Shown: positions 39,578 through 49,910 of the stretch, piece by piece | Layout of the letters: the number at the start of each line of letters is the position of its first letter | Numbering within the stretch: the stretch's first letter is position 1 | DNA from: a bacterium | Lineage (GTDB): Bacteria > UBP15 > UBA6099 > JAJRTR01 | NCBI GenBank assembly: GCA_024278215.1 | Contig: JAJRTR010000111.1 | Coordinates: 1 to 64,000 of the forward strand | Length of the DNA: 64,000 nt | Reading direction: 5' to 3' | Notes under the pieces: generated by a model | Database searches by the model: none | What the model was told of the DNA's origin: nothing | Seen by the model: only the letters and a program-made list of their open reading frames with translations | Made by a program: the position numbers and the translations under genes

Positions 39578-39593
39578 TGGCATTGGATTTGCA
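39578..39593 (+). promoter_or_regulatory. Sigma54 (-24/-12) promoter
   Basis: TGGCATTGGATTTGCA fits TGGCAY-N5-TTGCW with exact GG-N10-GC spacing; AT-rich upstream region with two TGT-N12-ACA sites. Confidence 0.7.
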
Positions 39594-39603
39594 CGTTAAT
39601 AAA

Positions 39604-39685
39604 GCGTAATTGCCCCTAATTCCCCAATTCCCCTGGTGTCAATTACGACACTTTACGGTGACTCTGAAGAGTCGCCTTTTTTTTT
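39604..39685 (+). ncRNA. Predicted 82-nt sigma54-dependent small RNA with a C-rich loop
   Basis: Predicted +1 (39604) lies at the base of an 8-bp stem CGTAATTG/CAATTACG spanning three AATT(G)CCCC motifs; ends in a plus-strand intrinsic terminator; no plausible ORF inside. Confidence 0.6.
39657..39685 (+). terminator. Intrinsic terminator of the predicted sRNA
   Basis: GGTGACTC-TGAA-GAGTCGCC followed by 9 T. Confidence 0.85.
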
Positions 39686-39721
39686 GCAATCAAATCCCGT
39701 TGCAGAGAAGCCCGTGGGCAC

Positions 39722-40873
39722 TTATGCCGGATTCTTGCGCCGTTTCACAGTTAATTCGGATATCAGACCGACAGGATTGTCGTAGAAGTATGAGCTGTCG
39801 ATCATTGTGGGAGACGAGCAAGAACAGCACTTCGCGGCGTTGCGGCGGAACTGCTCCATGCGCTCACTCGAAAGGATAGCCGCAATGGGCGTTTCGAGCA
39901 CATTGCCGATCGGGTTGTCGATCTGCATGCAGTCTTCGACATCGCCGTCGGGCATCACGCGCAGGAAAACATGCGGATACCTGCATTCGTAAGGCTGTTT
40001 ACCGCACTCGAAATGGTTCAGGTAGTGCTCGGAGTTGAAAACGACCGCGCCTCTCTTTTTTGCTTCGATGATTTTATGCAGCGCTTCGCCAACCCGCTCA
40101 TAAGAATCTATCAGATGGCTTTTTTTGTCTATTGTACCCTTGTCCGCCGTGTGCTGTACTGTTGTAATCACATCGAACGACACCGGCACGCCAAGTTCGT
40201 CGGCGAGCGCGATTATGTCTTCGACTTCGTCCACACTATTGTTGTCGAGACATGTGTTTATCACAGCGTGAATAAAGGGATATTCTTTTTTAATTTTTTT
40301 CAGACCGTTATATGCCCTTTCGAAAAGCCCGTCTATGCCGCGGATGCGGTCGTGTTTTTTCGGGTCGGCCGAGTCGAAACTGACAACGATTGTGTCAAGA
40401 TAGTCGCCGAATTCATCTATGCGTTTCTCGACGAAGAAGCCGTTTGTCGCAGTGCCGACTTTCCAGCCGCATTCTTCCTTCGCATGGCGGTATATCTCGC
40501 CGATGTCGGACCTTAGCTGGGGTTCCCCGCCGCCGATGAGTGTGCTGACGATACCGGCTTCAGCCGCCTCGGTATAAAACTTTTTTATTTCATCAGTTTT
40601 CATCTGCGGTCTCGAGTTGTCTTTCCACAGGCACTGCTCGCACGATGCGTTGCATCTGAGTGTTACCCAGTGGTGCAGCACAATCGGCGTTTTGTTGTTT
40701 CCGATTTTCGTTCTTGTGATGGATGGTGAAAGCGCGACGACCTTCAGAAGCATCCTTATGTCCGCAATGCTCTTCTTTCGCGCCTCTGTCTTCGCGGCCT
40801 CGTATGCTCTTTCGAACACGTGGTTGGCAAACTTCTCAAATGGAAGAATCATCCTGGCACGCCTTGTCTTCAT
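39722..40873 (-). CDS. Radical SAM protein with a C-terminal Cys-rich (twitch/SPASM-like) region
   Basis: CNASCEQC, GGGEP, ATNG, VSFDS..HDRIRG, C-terminal CRYP..PDGDVEDC..CCSC. Start could be 40873 (AGAGGTG RBS) or 40921. Confidence 0.88.
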   Translation of the reverse strand: MKTRRARMILPFEKFANHVFERAYEAAKTEARKKSIADIRMLLKVVALSPSITRTKIGNNKTPIVLHHWVTLRCNASCEQCLWKDNSRPQMKTDEIKKFYTEAAEAGIVSTLIGGGEPQLRSDIGEIYRHAKEECGWKVGTATNGFFVEKRIDEFGDYLDTIVVSFDSADPKKHDRIRGIDGLFERAYNGLKKIKKEYPFIHAVINTCLDNNSVDEVEDIIALADELGVPVSFDVITTVQHTADKGTIDKKSHLIDSYERVGEALHKIIEAKKRGAVVFNSEHYLNHFECGKQPYECRYPHVFLRVMPDGDVEDCMQIDNPIGNVLETPIAAILSSERMEQFRRNAAKCCSCSSPTMIDSSYFYDNPVGLISELTVKRRKNPA

Positions 40874-41256
40874 TGTGACACCTCTTCCGGATACTGTTTT
40901 TCGGGACATAACGCCGGACATACGGCAGCTGATAAGAAACCGGCCCGCTAATATTTTCCGCGCCGTCCATAATTTTGATTATACTATATGAAACATCTGT
41001 AAACATGATATGTGTTACAGATTGATTTGTAAACCCGAGCGAGGGAATGCGGTGTCCATTGCAGAACCCACTCGAAGGTGGTGGAATACGACATGGAGGT
41101 CGAATTCCCGTTAATAAATTAAATGGATATTTATATAATTATATAGTTGTAATATACAGGCTGTTGTGATATTATAAACTTAGCAGAATAGCAAATTCAT
41201 AATAGGCAGGGTTCAACAACATAGCGAACTCAAGTTGATTTCTCCGGAGGGAAACG

Positions 41257-44200
41257 ATGAGGCAGGGGCTTGGAAGAGAGATTTTACTTACGGTTGTAGT
41301 GGTTTTGTTAGCGGCAACAACAGCGAAGGCGAATTTCTTGTTGCCTGTGGAATCGATGTGCAACTACAGGTCGCTGATGGACGACGACTGCGTAATTTGC
41401 GAAAATGTGCAAAATTTTACGCGAGATTTTCCGATGGGAAAAGGTTTCGCGCCAAATATTTCCGATGTAACGATTCTGCGGGGAAGCCCGTATCCGAGCG
41501 AGGTTGTGTCGGTGCAGGTAACCGCCACGACCGACGGCGGCGCGACCGACCAGCTCCCCAAAAGCGCGCAGAGTATCCTGTGGGGGCAGATCGCGTTCTC
41601 GATGTCCGGCGGGAACAGCTGGTACACAAATAATTACGACAAGGGAACAAATCAGCATGGCGACGAGAGAATCGGAACCGGAATTCCAATGGATTTCTTC
41701 AAGCATGAAGTGCTGACGGTAAAGAATCAGGGTAATGTCAGATACAAGCAGTACATTTCGGTGCTCAAGCCCTGGGCGGTTTCTCCTGAAGATGACGCTT
41801 TCAAATATGGAGTCGAGCTGAGTGACCCAAAGGATACTCCAGCCCCCAACAGGTGGTGCGGTCTGGATGCTTCGAAATGTAATAAAGCTGCATATCCGGC
41901 CCCGTATGCTGTTGATTGTCCTTATGGTTTCACCTGCCCATTGTATGATATATACCCGCCCAACACCGGCGAAACTGCGGGTCCGTGGCCGACCCCTTAT
42001 TGCGATCAGGCCGACGGGAACTGTAATGTACCCGGTTTCCCGGAAGGCGGCGGAGATCTGCTGGACTACTTCCCGTCGCTCGACCCTGATCCTGATACGG
42101 ATTATCCCAGTATTCCCGGGGCGCCGCTTGTGAGAGTCAACGGTGTGCCGGCAATTGACTGCAGTTTGTATAACGGAGTAGTTAACGAATATCTTGAAGC
42201 GATGGGCGTGACGGCTTCGGACCTCATCAGTGGTGAAAAGCTGCACCCGCTGTGCGATTCTCCTGTGGACAAGGACATACAGGCGGTTTATGACAGATTC
42301 GGAATCTATGCATACAAGCTCGTCCCCGGACAGGGGATGGTAAGGTTCACGGAAGCGCTTGATATGCTTGATGTTGTCGACGCGACATTCTATTCGGCGG
42401 ACATGAAAGTGTGGACGGCTAAAATAGATATGAGCGAAGCGCCTTTCAACGCGCAGAACACTGTCGGCGGATCCTTCATACTGCACCCCACGTTCATGGA
42501 CACATGCGGGAACCTGGCATCAGGCGCGCAGTCGCCGCCTTATCCGCCTGCGATTCCCGGAGAAAGCAACGAAGCTTATGTCGGTGTGTTCGACTATTAC
42601 TATGACCAGATACCGACGGACCAGGATGCGATGAAACAGGTTATAGACGACGATCCTCTGACACAGTGCAGCGCGACGGACACATTGTGCCCGGCTGACG
42701 GGATTCCCAGGGACGAGCGTGTCGAGTGCGATGATCCCAACTGTGAATGCTGCTATAACGAGTGCAGCCCCACGTATTGCACATATAACGGCGCTACCAG
42801 GCCGGATGTCAGCGCACAATGCAACCCGATTGGAGACAATGCCAATCCGCCGGGCTGCGGCCCCGAACACTGGGGCGAACGCGGCATGGCAGAAATCCGT
42901 GAATTCAAGATCAGCCACTCGGCGTCCAATCTCTATGTGAAAATGTCGGTCCAGGGAAAAGTGCAGTTCGGCTGCTACGGCGGATGGTATCCGGTCATCG
43001 GTTGCAACCAATGGGCATTCGGCGGCGGCGAACAGGCAAGTAAATTTCACGGCTATTCATGGCAGTTCCTGAACCTCGAAACGCAGGGAACTTTTTATCT
43101 GATTGTTATTCCGGATATACCGGTATACGGCGCGATACCGCTCTTTATGGACCTCAACAAGCTTCTCGGAGAACTTATGGGAAGCAATTACGACGGAATG
43201 GAACTCGAGCAATATGCAGACGGCGGCGGTTGTAAAAAACCAGGCGAAGATGAGGAACCGCTCGACCCATGCGAGGAGATAGGCTGCACCCCCGAATCCA
43301 ACCCGACGGGTGATTGCGATGAGGACGGTTTTTTGAACTCGACGGATTCCTGTCCCTGCTCCGCCGGCGGCGACGACTCGGAAGACGGATGCCCGCCGCC
43401 CGACCCCGATCCGGGCGGAGACCCGCTGGGTCCCTATAAATGTCCCGCCTGCACCATTGAAAACACGGGCGGCGATCTTTATGTCGAGATGGGGCTCGAA
43501 GAAACACTCGGCCTTACCGACACTTACCACGCTATGGCGATGTTCCTGTCGGTTCACGATCTCGACGTCGACTGGATACTCTACTACGCCTGTCTCAAGG
43601 GCTACAACCTCACGGGACTCGCGCAGGACCAGTCGCCCAGGATACAGTACTACATGCTCGGCGATGTCGCGAAAACAACTGTTACTCTTTCTCAGGACTA
43701 CACCGCACCGAAGATGCCGATGTATGCGCAGGCCTGTCTCGGCAGGTGCGACGAACCTGAACCCGATCCCGACAATCCCGACGGCTACGACAACGACTGC
43801 GATCTCGATGTCGTCGAACCCGTGCATGATCTGGCAGTGGACGAAGGATATGATCCCACCGCAACGCAGATCGAGTTCTCTTTCCAGGAAGTCGTCTCTA
43901 ATAACGATCCTTTAAAAACAGACCTGACGGACCTCGGCGGATATGAAATACAGGTATCCAGGGATAGGGACGGACCGTACGAGACATATTATGTTATGTG
44001 CGCCGACGATGCGGGGGCGGACTGCTACGGCAGGACAACGACAAACGAAGAGTACCTGGCCGGTGTCGTGCATAACAGGGATATACCATCTCTCGACGAA
44101 CCTTATGACGGGACGAATATATGTTCATTCGCGGAACACAACACTCCGCGCGAAGTCCGCAACAGGTTCCCCGATCCGTTCGACTGGCAGGAACCGTACT

Positions 44201-47200
44201 CCGGGTATGGTTTCCCCGGGGAGCCTATTTCCTGCGTGATCGACACCGACTGCGACCCCGTGCATAACGGACGCGACGATGACCTCGACGGCACTGTCGA
44301 CGAAGGCTGCTGGGCGACAAATTGTATCGACGACACAACACAACTGGCGGCAGACGGACAGTCATACTGGTTCAGGGTCAGGGCCTTCGATCTGCCTAAA
44401 CCTATCGACGCCACCTCCACCGCCCTGGTGAACTACAGCGATTATACGGAACCTGTCGGCGCGACTATCCTGCGCAATACGCTTCCACCGGCGAAACCGG
44501 ACGAAGTCGCCGCTTATGCGATGGCGGACGGCGGCAAGGCGAAAGTCGTGTGGAATCCAAACGTGGAATATGACATGGGTGGTTATATGGTTTACAGGTG
44601 TCCGGCCAACCCGCTCGACGCTGTCAAAATGACTCTCGACGGCACACTCGATACCTACTGCGCGAACGACGACAACTACAGGCAGATCATCCCCGAGATC
44701 ATGGACGACCTGAACGGTTACCTCGTCGACGATGGTATGGGATACCGCGAAACGGGACTCGGGACCGGTGCTACGGCGACGGCCCTGCTGAGTTGCCCCA
44801 ACGGTACAGACCCGTCCACTTACGTCAACTCCGACGGTTTCTACATCAAGGACGACAACTGCAACTGGATCGAGTCTACCGACGATGTCGGCGTCGACGG
44901 CGAAGCCGGTACGGGCGACCTCGGCGAAGGCGACCATGTGCCCACTCCCGCCATTCCAGGGCTATACCCCGGCGAACCCCACGCTTATGAATGGATAGAC
45001 TGTTCCGATCTCACGAAGAACGGCATTACAAACGAAGACCTGAAACTTTGCGGAAACATCGAGACGCCCGGCGCATGGTTCGATAACAGCGATCCGCTGT
45101 TCTCGTCGGATGAAGTCGCCCTGCACCTCTTTGATGTGACCGCAGACCCGAACTACGACGAAGCCCTGCACGCACCGGTTATTTTCTATAACGGACTTGT
45201 GGACGGCTACAAATATTACTACAAAATAAAGGCGATTGACGCTCCGTATCTCGGAGATGGTTATAACGATATCAGCACAACGGACAACTGCGACGACGGT
45301 CTCACCGCATACGCTGAAGGTCCGCCACCCACAGGCTGTGTGAACCCCATCGAGGAGCGCACTTGTGATGACAAAGCTATAGCTTATGACTGGACAAGCG
45401 GCGGCAATTGCAGCGAAATATCCGATGTCATGGAAGTGATTCCGGCCGACACGCAGCCGCCGCAGAAACCTATGGCTGTTCAGGCACAGATCGCCAAAAG
45501 CGGCAAATCCGTCACCCTGACATGGGAAACTCCTGTTACGGACCGCACACAGGACCATTTCAACATCTACCGCGCTGTGGGCAACGAAAGACTCTACGCC
45601 TGCGTGCACGGCGGCTGCTCCACACCACCGTACACAGCCGGTTGCGCCTGCGACCCCAACTCGAGTACGCAGCAGTGCAATACCGGTTACATCTGTGATG
45701 TGCCATACAAGATTTGCACCAATCCACCTTATTACAGCGTCACCCCGCAATCCACAGGCTGCGACTCTGTGCCGTACAACGACGGCTGCATCTGCACAGA
45801 TGACTCAGACTGCAACACGGGCATGAGCTGCACTAACCAGTACTCGATATGCCGGCTTGAAAACGAACCCCCCGGCTACCCGTTGAAAAACGATCTGCTG
45901 GATAACGACGGAGACGGCGTCATCGACGAAGAGCAGGAAAACGGTATCGACGACGATGCCGACGGCCTGATAGATGAAGACACCGGCGAAAGAACTTCGA
46001 CCGAATGGAAAATCGGCGAATGCCCGACTCCGGATTATCCTTACTACAGCGCGGTTAACGAGTATCTCCAGGAGCGCATTATCACAAACAGCTTTGTCGA
46101 CAACTCCATCAAACGCGACACGACGTATTACTACAGAATATCAGGTGTGGACAACGCGAAGTACGACCCGCTGGACTTCCAGACGGAAATCACGGACGTG
46201 GACCCGCCGCCGCCCAACGAAGGCACAAGGTCCTTCTCCATCATTGTCAACACGGTGGACTCCGAGGCCCCGGCGCAGGTCGGCGGTGCCTGCACGCACC
46301 CCATTACCCATCTGCCGATGCCCTGCGCCGACAGGCTCGACGAGACTTTCGCCACAAGTGAAACGTCCCTGCCCGTCAGTTGCGCCAACGAAGCGACGAT
46401 GGCATCGACCGATACCGATATGTATGGCAACCAGATCACTGTATGGTGGTACAGAAGTTCGGATGAAGATATCCAGGGCTACTACATCTACCGGGCCGCC
46501 GATACTGCCGGCACAGGTGTCGAACCGCCCGCAGGCGCTTTCGAACAGATCAACCAGACGATGATCGCGCAAACTGCTTCGACAGGCTCGGCACAGACGC
46601 TCTGCTATAAGGATGTCGGGCTCGACAACAATACCGACTATTATTTCTCGGTAACAGCAATTGATACTCACGGCAACGAGAGTTATCTTTCAGAGGTAAC
46701 GGGTCCCATACAGGCCAAAGACACAACCCCCAACATTAAACCGATGTGGGGCACTTCAGTCGGTATCACTTCCGATGTCAACGGCTTGAAGTTGACGCTT
46801 GAATGGATGGCACACGTCACCAACTGCAGCGCATATTCAAGTCCGTCTTCCTGCAATGCCGTCCAGACCTGCTACTGGACAAGCTCGTGCGAGATGCTCG
46901 ATACGGAAAAAGACTTCTCTCATTTCCTCGTTTACAGGGATGAAGACGACAACGATATATGCGACGAAGATGAACTGCTCGGCAGCAGCGGCACTTGCAC
47001 AACAGACGCGCAGTGCGGCTCCGACACTTGTGTAAACGGATTCTGTTGCGACGGGTCGGACTCCTGCAACGGCGAACTTACCGAGTCCACATACGTCGAT
47101 GAAGCGGTGACAAAAGGCGTGGAGGAAATGTACTGCATCAGGGCTGTCGACGAAAACGGAAACCTCAGCGACCTCTCGGACAGCCTGGCCGCAACACCTA

Positions 47201-49725
47201 CGGACCTCGTTGCGCCGGATGCGCCCGAGGGCCTCGCGGCCACCCCGATGTCCAACGCTCAGGTCGGACTCGGCTGGAAGGTTTCCAGCGAAGACGACAT
47301 CGAATGCTACATACCTTATTACAGTACATCCTCGGCCGAGGGCAGTTTCACGGCGATTACTCTCGATCCTTCCGACGAAGGCTACCACACTGTGGTTAAT
47401 TTATATTCGGAAACAATCAAGTGTATCACGGAACCTTACTATATAGACGACGATAGAATTGCCGGCATCGGTTACTACTTCAAAGTCGCGGCTGTCGACA
47501 ACAACGGCAACGTCAGCACGAAATCAAGTTACGCATACATCACGCCCACAGTTACGGACACTACAGCGCCTGCTGTTCCCGACGATGTATACACCAGACC
47601 GGGATTCGACCGTGGCGAATCCGGGGGATCAGTCGTAGCAGGTGAGGACGACGACGGAGACGGATTCATAGACGACACAACCGTCGGCCTGGGCCAGGTG
47701 GAAATATACTGGACGAGAAGTGTCGAGCCGGATGTCGAAAACTACGAAATCTACAAGCTCTCACCGCCCGACACCGCCGACTGCACCTGCGACATAGAAA
47801 ACGACCCCAACGGCGACTGCGACAGCGACGAAACGCCCAACAAGCTGGACGACTGTCCCTGCACACCCACAAGCGCAAACACGAGTCAGTTCGGAAGTTA
47901 CAGCCTGCTCGTGACGCGCAGCGCCGCACAGTCCTGCCCCTCCACAAAGGGCTATCCAGTCAACACTCATGCTTCTGATATATGCTACTACAAAGATATT
48001 ACCGAAGAAGGTGTGTGCCAGGGTTCGCGCTACTGGTATGCAATTGTTCCTGTCGACGAAAACGGCAATTCCACTGCTCTGAACAAGAACAACGCGGTAG
48101 CTGTGACTCCACCGGTCGTGGAAGACACGACAGCGCCGGAAAAACCCGCAAAACCGACCATCGCGCAGAACGAAGCAGGCACGGCCCTGGTCGTCAAGTT
48201 CACAGAGAACGACATGACAGCCGACGACAACGTCGATATACAGGGTTATATGATCTATCGCGACAATCTGCCTAACGGCAGCTTCACTACCAAGGTAGCG
48301 ATAATGAACAACATCGACGAACTCAACTACTGCACTGCCGTGAATCAGCCGCCGTGCTACTGCGACGAAGTCGACGCGACAAAAGCTTGCTTCCTCGACA
48401 TCAGCGTCGTGCAGAACAAGCGGTACTACTACAAAGTATCCGCTTTCGACATGGTCGGAAACATAAGCGAACCGTCAGACTGGAACTTCGCTCTGGCTTC
48501 GCCCAGCGCCCCGGATGCCGTCGATACTTTCGTCGCCAACCCCATGGCGGGTGTGGACTATTCACTTACTCTCTTCTGGGACGGCACGGAACTGTTGAAC
48601 GACCCGAATGTAGCAGGATTCATGATATGGCGGGCCGCGGCCGAAGATGGTTCATACAGCATCATCGATCCGTATCCCGACACGACAGCCGTGGAAAAAT
48701 TCCGAACCACCACATATATTGATACTGGTCTCGTCCAGGGAAACACCTACTGGTACATGATAATAACCGAGTCGCAGGACGGCACGGAAAGCCCCTCTGT
48801 GAAGACGTGTGGCGTGCCCGGCGAAGACATGTTCCCGCCGCTCACACCCACCGGCCTCCTCACCACTCCCGGCAACGCACAGGTGTCATTGGCGTGGGCC
48901 GCGAACACAGAGACCGACCTTGCAGGCTACAATGTCTACAGGGCCACCACGAACGAGCCGAATGCATTCACAAAGATCAATTCCGCCACCGTGACGCAGC
49001 CTTTCTACAGCGACACCACTGTAACCAACAGTACGAGATATTACTATTGTGTGACGTCCTACGACAACTCACAATCGTTCGACACGCAGGGTTGCTACGA
49101 AGACACGATCAACGAGAGCGCCTGCTCGACCGTCAAGAGCGCCACACCGACACCTGTCGGCGTCGGCGGAAGCTCCTCCAGACAGGTCGTTCTGAATAGA
49201 GGCTGGAACATTCTCGCCGTGCCTGAGATTGACGGAACATCGGCCGGCAGAATTACCCCTGACGCTGCCAGAACGGATGCCATGAAGAACAGATTCTTCA
49301 AACTTTCAAGCAAAGCGGAAGGCTATAAAATGCAATCCTTCGACGATGCGTCGATATATGCGGGCGAAGCAATGTGGTATTACGCCGACACAGATGGTGA
49401 AGTGCTGGAATATGACGGCGAGTTGTTCTCCGGAACCTTCTTCGATGTGAATCTTGAAAAAGGCTGGAACATGGTCGGCAACCCGTTCCACTCGGCGATT
49501 CATTGGTTCAATGGCTACATCCAGGTGTCCACGGACGGAGGTAATACCTTCATGCCCCTCAAGGACGCTGTGGATTCCGGTATTGTCCTGTCCGCGAAGA
49601 AATATGTCCCGGATTCGGGATACAGGGAAATCCCCTATGGAGAAAGCAACATAGTATCCTACTTCAGGGGTTTCTGGGTAAATGTTTCGCAACCGGTTGT
49701 TATACGGGTTACAGGTTCAAACTGA
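41257..49725 (+). CDS. Giant (2822 aa) secreted Cys/Asp-rich protein with about 10 fibronectin type III domains
   Basis: Signal peptide ending ATTAKA; repeated DTxAPxxP...W...GYxVYR...YYYxVxAxD..GN.S units; DxDxDG Ca-binding motifs; C-terminal domain with two GWN motifs; GGAGG RBS. Confidence 0.88.
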   Translation: MRQGLGREILLTVVVVLLAATTAKANFLLPVESMCNYRSLMDDDCVICENVQNFTRDFPMGKGFAPNISDVTILRGSPYPSEVVSVQVTATTDGGATDQLPKSAQSILWGQIAFSMSGGNSWYTNNYDKGTNQHGDERIGTGIPMDFFKHEVLTVKNQGNVRYKQYISVLKPWAVSPEDDAFKYGVELSDPKDTPAPNRWCGLDASKCNKAAYPAPYAVDCPYGFTCPLYDIYPPNTGETAGPWPTPYCDQADGNCNVPGFPEGGGDLLDYFPSLDPDPDTDYPSIPGAPLVRVNGVPAIDCSLYNGVVNEYLEAMGVTASDLISGEKLHPLCDSPVDKDIQAVYDRFGIYAYKLVPGQGMVRFTEALDMLDVVDATFYSADMKVWTAKIDMSEAPFNAQNTVGGSFILHPTFMDTCGNLASGAQSPPYPPAIPGESNEAYVGVFDYYYDQIPTDQDAMKQVIDDDPLTQCSATDTLCPADGIPRDERVECDDPNCECCYNECSPTYCTYNGATRPDVSAQCNPIGDNANPPGCGPEHWGERGMAEIREFKISHSASNLYVKMSVQGKVQFGCYGGWYPVIGCNQWAFGGGEQASKFHGYSWQFLNLETQGTFYLIVIPDIPVYGAIPLFMDLNKLLGELMGSNYDGMELEQYADGGGCKKPGEDEEPLDPCEEIGCTPESNPTGDCDEDGFLNSTDSCPCSAGGDDSEDGCPPPDPDPGGDPLGPYKCPACTIENTGGDLYVEMGLEETLGLTDTYHAMAMFLSVHDLDVDWILYYACLKGYNLTGLAQDQSPRIQYYMLGDVAKTTVTLSQDYTAPKMPMYAQACLGRCDEPEPDPDNPDGYDNDCDLDVVEPVHDLAVDEGYDPTATQIEFSFQEVVSNNDPLKTDLTDLGGYEIQVSRDRDGPYETYYVMCADDAGADCYGRTTTNEEYLAGVVHNRDIPSLDEPYDGTNICSFAEHNTPREVRNRFPDPFDWQEPYSGYGFPGEPISCVIDTDCDPVHNGRDDDLDGTVDEGCWATNCIDDTTQLAADGQSYWFRVRAFDLPKPIDATSTALVNYSDYTEPVGATILRNTLPPAKPDEVAAYAMADGGKAKVVWNPNVEYDMGGYMVYRCPANPLDAVKMTLDGTLDTYCANDDNYRQIIPEIMDDLNGYLVDDGMGYRETGLGTGATATALLSCPNGTDPSTYVNSDGFYIKDDNCNWIESTDDVGVDGEAGTGDLGEGDHVPTPAIPGLYPGEPHAYEWIDCSDLTKNGITNEDLKLCGNIETPGAWFDNSDPLFSSDEVALHLFDVTADPNYDEALHAPVIFYNGLVDGYKYYYKIKAIDAPYLGDGYNDISTTDNCDDGLTAYAEGPPPTGCVNPIEERTCDDKAIAYDWTSGGNCSEISDVMEVIPADTQPPQKPMAVQAQIAKSGKSVTLTWETPVTDRTQDHFNIYRAVGNERLYACVHGGCSTPPYTAGCACDPNSSTQQCNTGYICDVPYKICTNPPYYSVTPQSTGCDSVPYNDGCICTDDSDCNTGMSCTNQYSICRLENEPPGYPLKNDLLDNDGDGVIDEEQENGIDDDADGLIDEDTGERTSTEWKIGECPTPDYPYYSAVNEYLQERIITNSFVDNSIKRDTTYYYRISGVDNAKYDPLDFQTEITDVDPPPPNEGTRSFSIIVNTVDSEAPAQVGGACTHPITHLPMPCADRLDETFATSETSLPVSCANEATMASTDTDMYGNQITVWWYRSSDEDIQGYYIYRAADTAGTGVEPPAGAFEQINQTMIAQTASTGSAQTLCYKDVGLDNNTDYYFSVTAIDTHGNESYLSEVTGPIQAKDTTPNIKPMWGTSVGITSDVNGLKLTLEWMAHVTNCSAYSSPSSCNAVQTCYWTSSCEMLDTEKDFSHFLVYRDEDDNDICDEDELLGSSGTCTTDAQCGSDTCVNGFCCDGSDSCNGELTESTYVDEAVTKGVEEMYCIRAVDENGNLSDLSDSLAATPTDLVAPDAPEGLAATPMSNAQVGLGWKVSSEDDIECYIPYYSTSSAEGSFTAITLDPSDEGYHTVVNLYSETIKCITEPYYIDDDRIAGIGYYFKVAAVDNNGNVSTKSSYAYITPTVTDTTAPAVPDDVYTRPGFDRGESGGSVVAGEDDDGDGFIDDTTVGLGQVEIYWTRSVEPDVENYEIYKLSPPDTADCTCDIENDPNGDCDSDETPNKLDDCPCTPTSANTSQFGSYSLLVTRSAAQSCPSTKGYPVNTHASDICYYKDITEEGVCQGSRYWYAIVPVDENGNSTALNKNNAVAVTPPVVEDTTAPEKPAKPTIAQNEAGTALVVKFTENDMTADDNVDIQGYMIYRDNLPNGSFTTKVAIMNNIDELNYCTAVNQPPCYCDEVDATKACFLDISVVQNKRYYYKVSAFDMVGNISEPSDWNFALASPSAPDAVDTFVANPMAGVDYSLTLFWDGTELLNDPNVAGFMIWRAAAEDGSYSIIDPYPDTTAVEKFRTTTYIDTGLVQGNTYWYMIITESQDGTESPSVKTCGVPGEDMFPPLTPTGLLTTPGNAQVSLAWAANTETDLAGYNVYRATTNEPNAFTKINSATVTQPFYSDTTVTNSTRYYYCVTSYDNSQSFDTQGCYEDTINESACSTVKSATPTPVGVGGSSSRQVVLNRGWNILAVPEIDGTSAGRITPDAARTDAMKNRFFKLSSKAEGYKMQSFDDASIYAGEAMWYYADTDGEVLEYDGELFSGTFFDVNLEKGWNMVGNPFHSAIHWFNGYIQVSTDGGNTFMPLKDAVDSGIVLSAKKYVPDSGYREIPYGESNIVSYFRGFWVNVSQPVVIRVTGSN

Positions 49726-49763
49726 CACGGCAAACCGCCGGAATGACATATAAAGGAAACCAT

Positions 49764-49797
49764 AATCAGCAGCGGCGCGCGCCGTTGCTGATTTTTT
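49764..49797 (+). terminator. Intrinsic terminator after the giant FN3 gene
   Basis: AATCAGCAGCGGC-GCGC-GCCGTTGCTGATT followed by T-run. Confidence 0.85.
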
Positions 49798-49910
49798 ATA
49801 ACTGCCGCTTTTTGGGGTTTCAGGCTCATAGTTCGACGTAAGCAGGAGCAGCTTTTCGTTCAACCACTATGTATTACAATAAAGTAACGCACGAAAGCAG
49901 GTAGCTCAAA

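Noticed and set aside
39722-40873. Radical SAM enzyme as a RiPP maturase or modifier of the divergent giant protein
   Set aside because: No precursor peptide, RRE domain or transporter is visible; adjacency alone is insufficient.
41040-41110. AGGGAATGCGGTG upstream of the giant gene, resembling the start of a cobalamin riboswitch
   Set aside because: The downstream conserved elements (CCCGCxACTGT, GCCACTG, AGCCAG/AGACC box) are missing.
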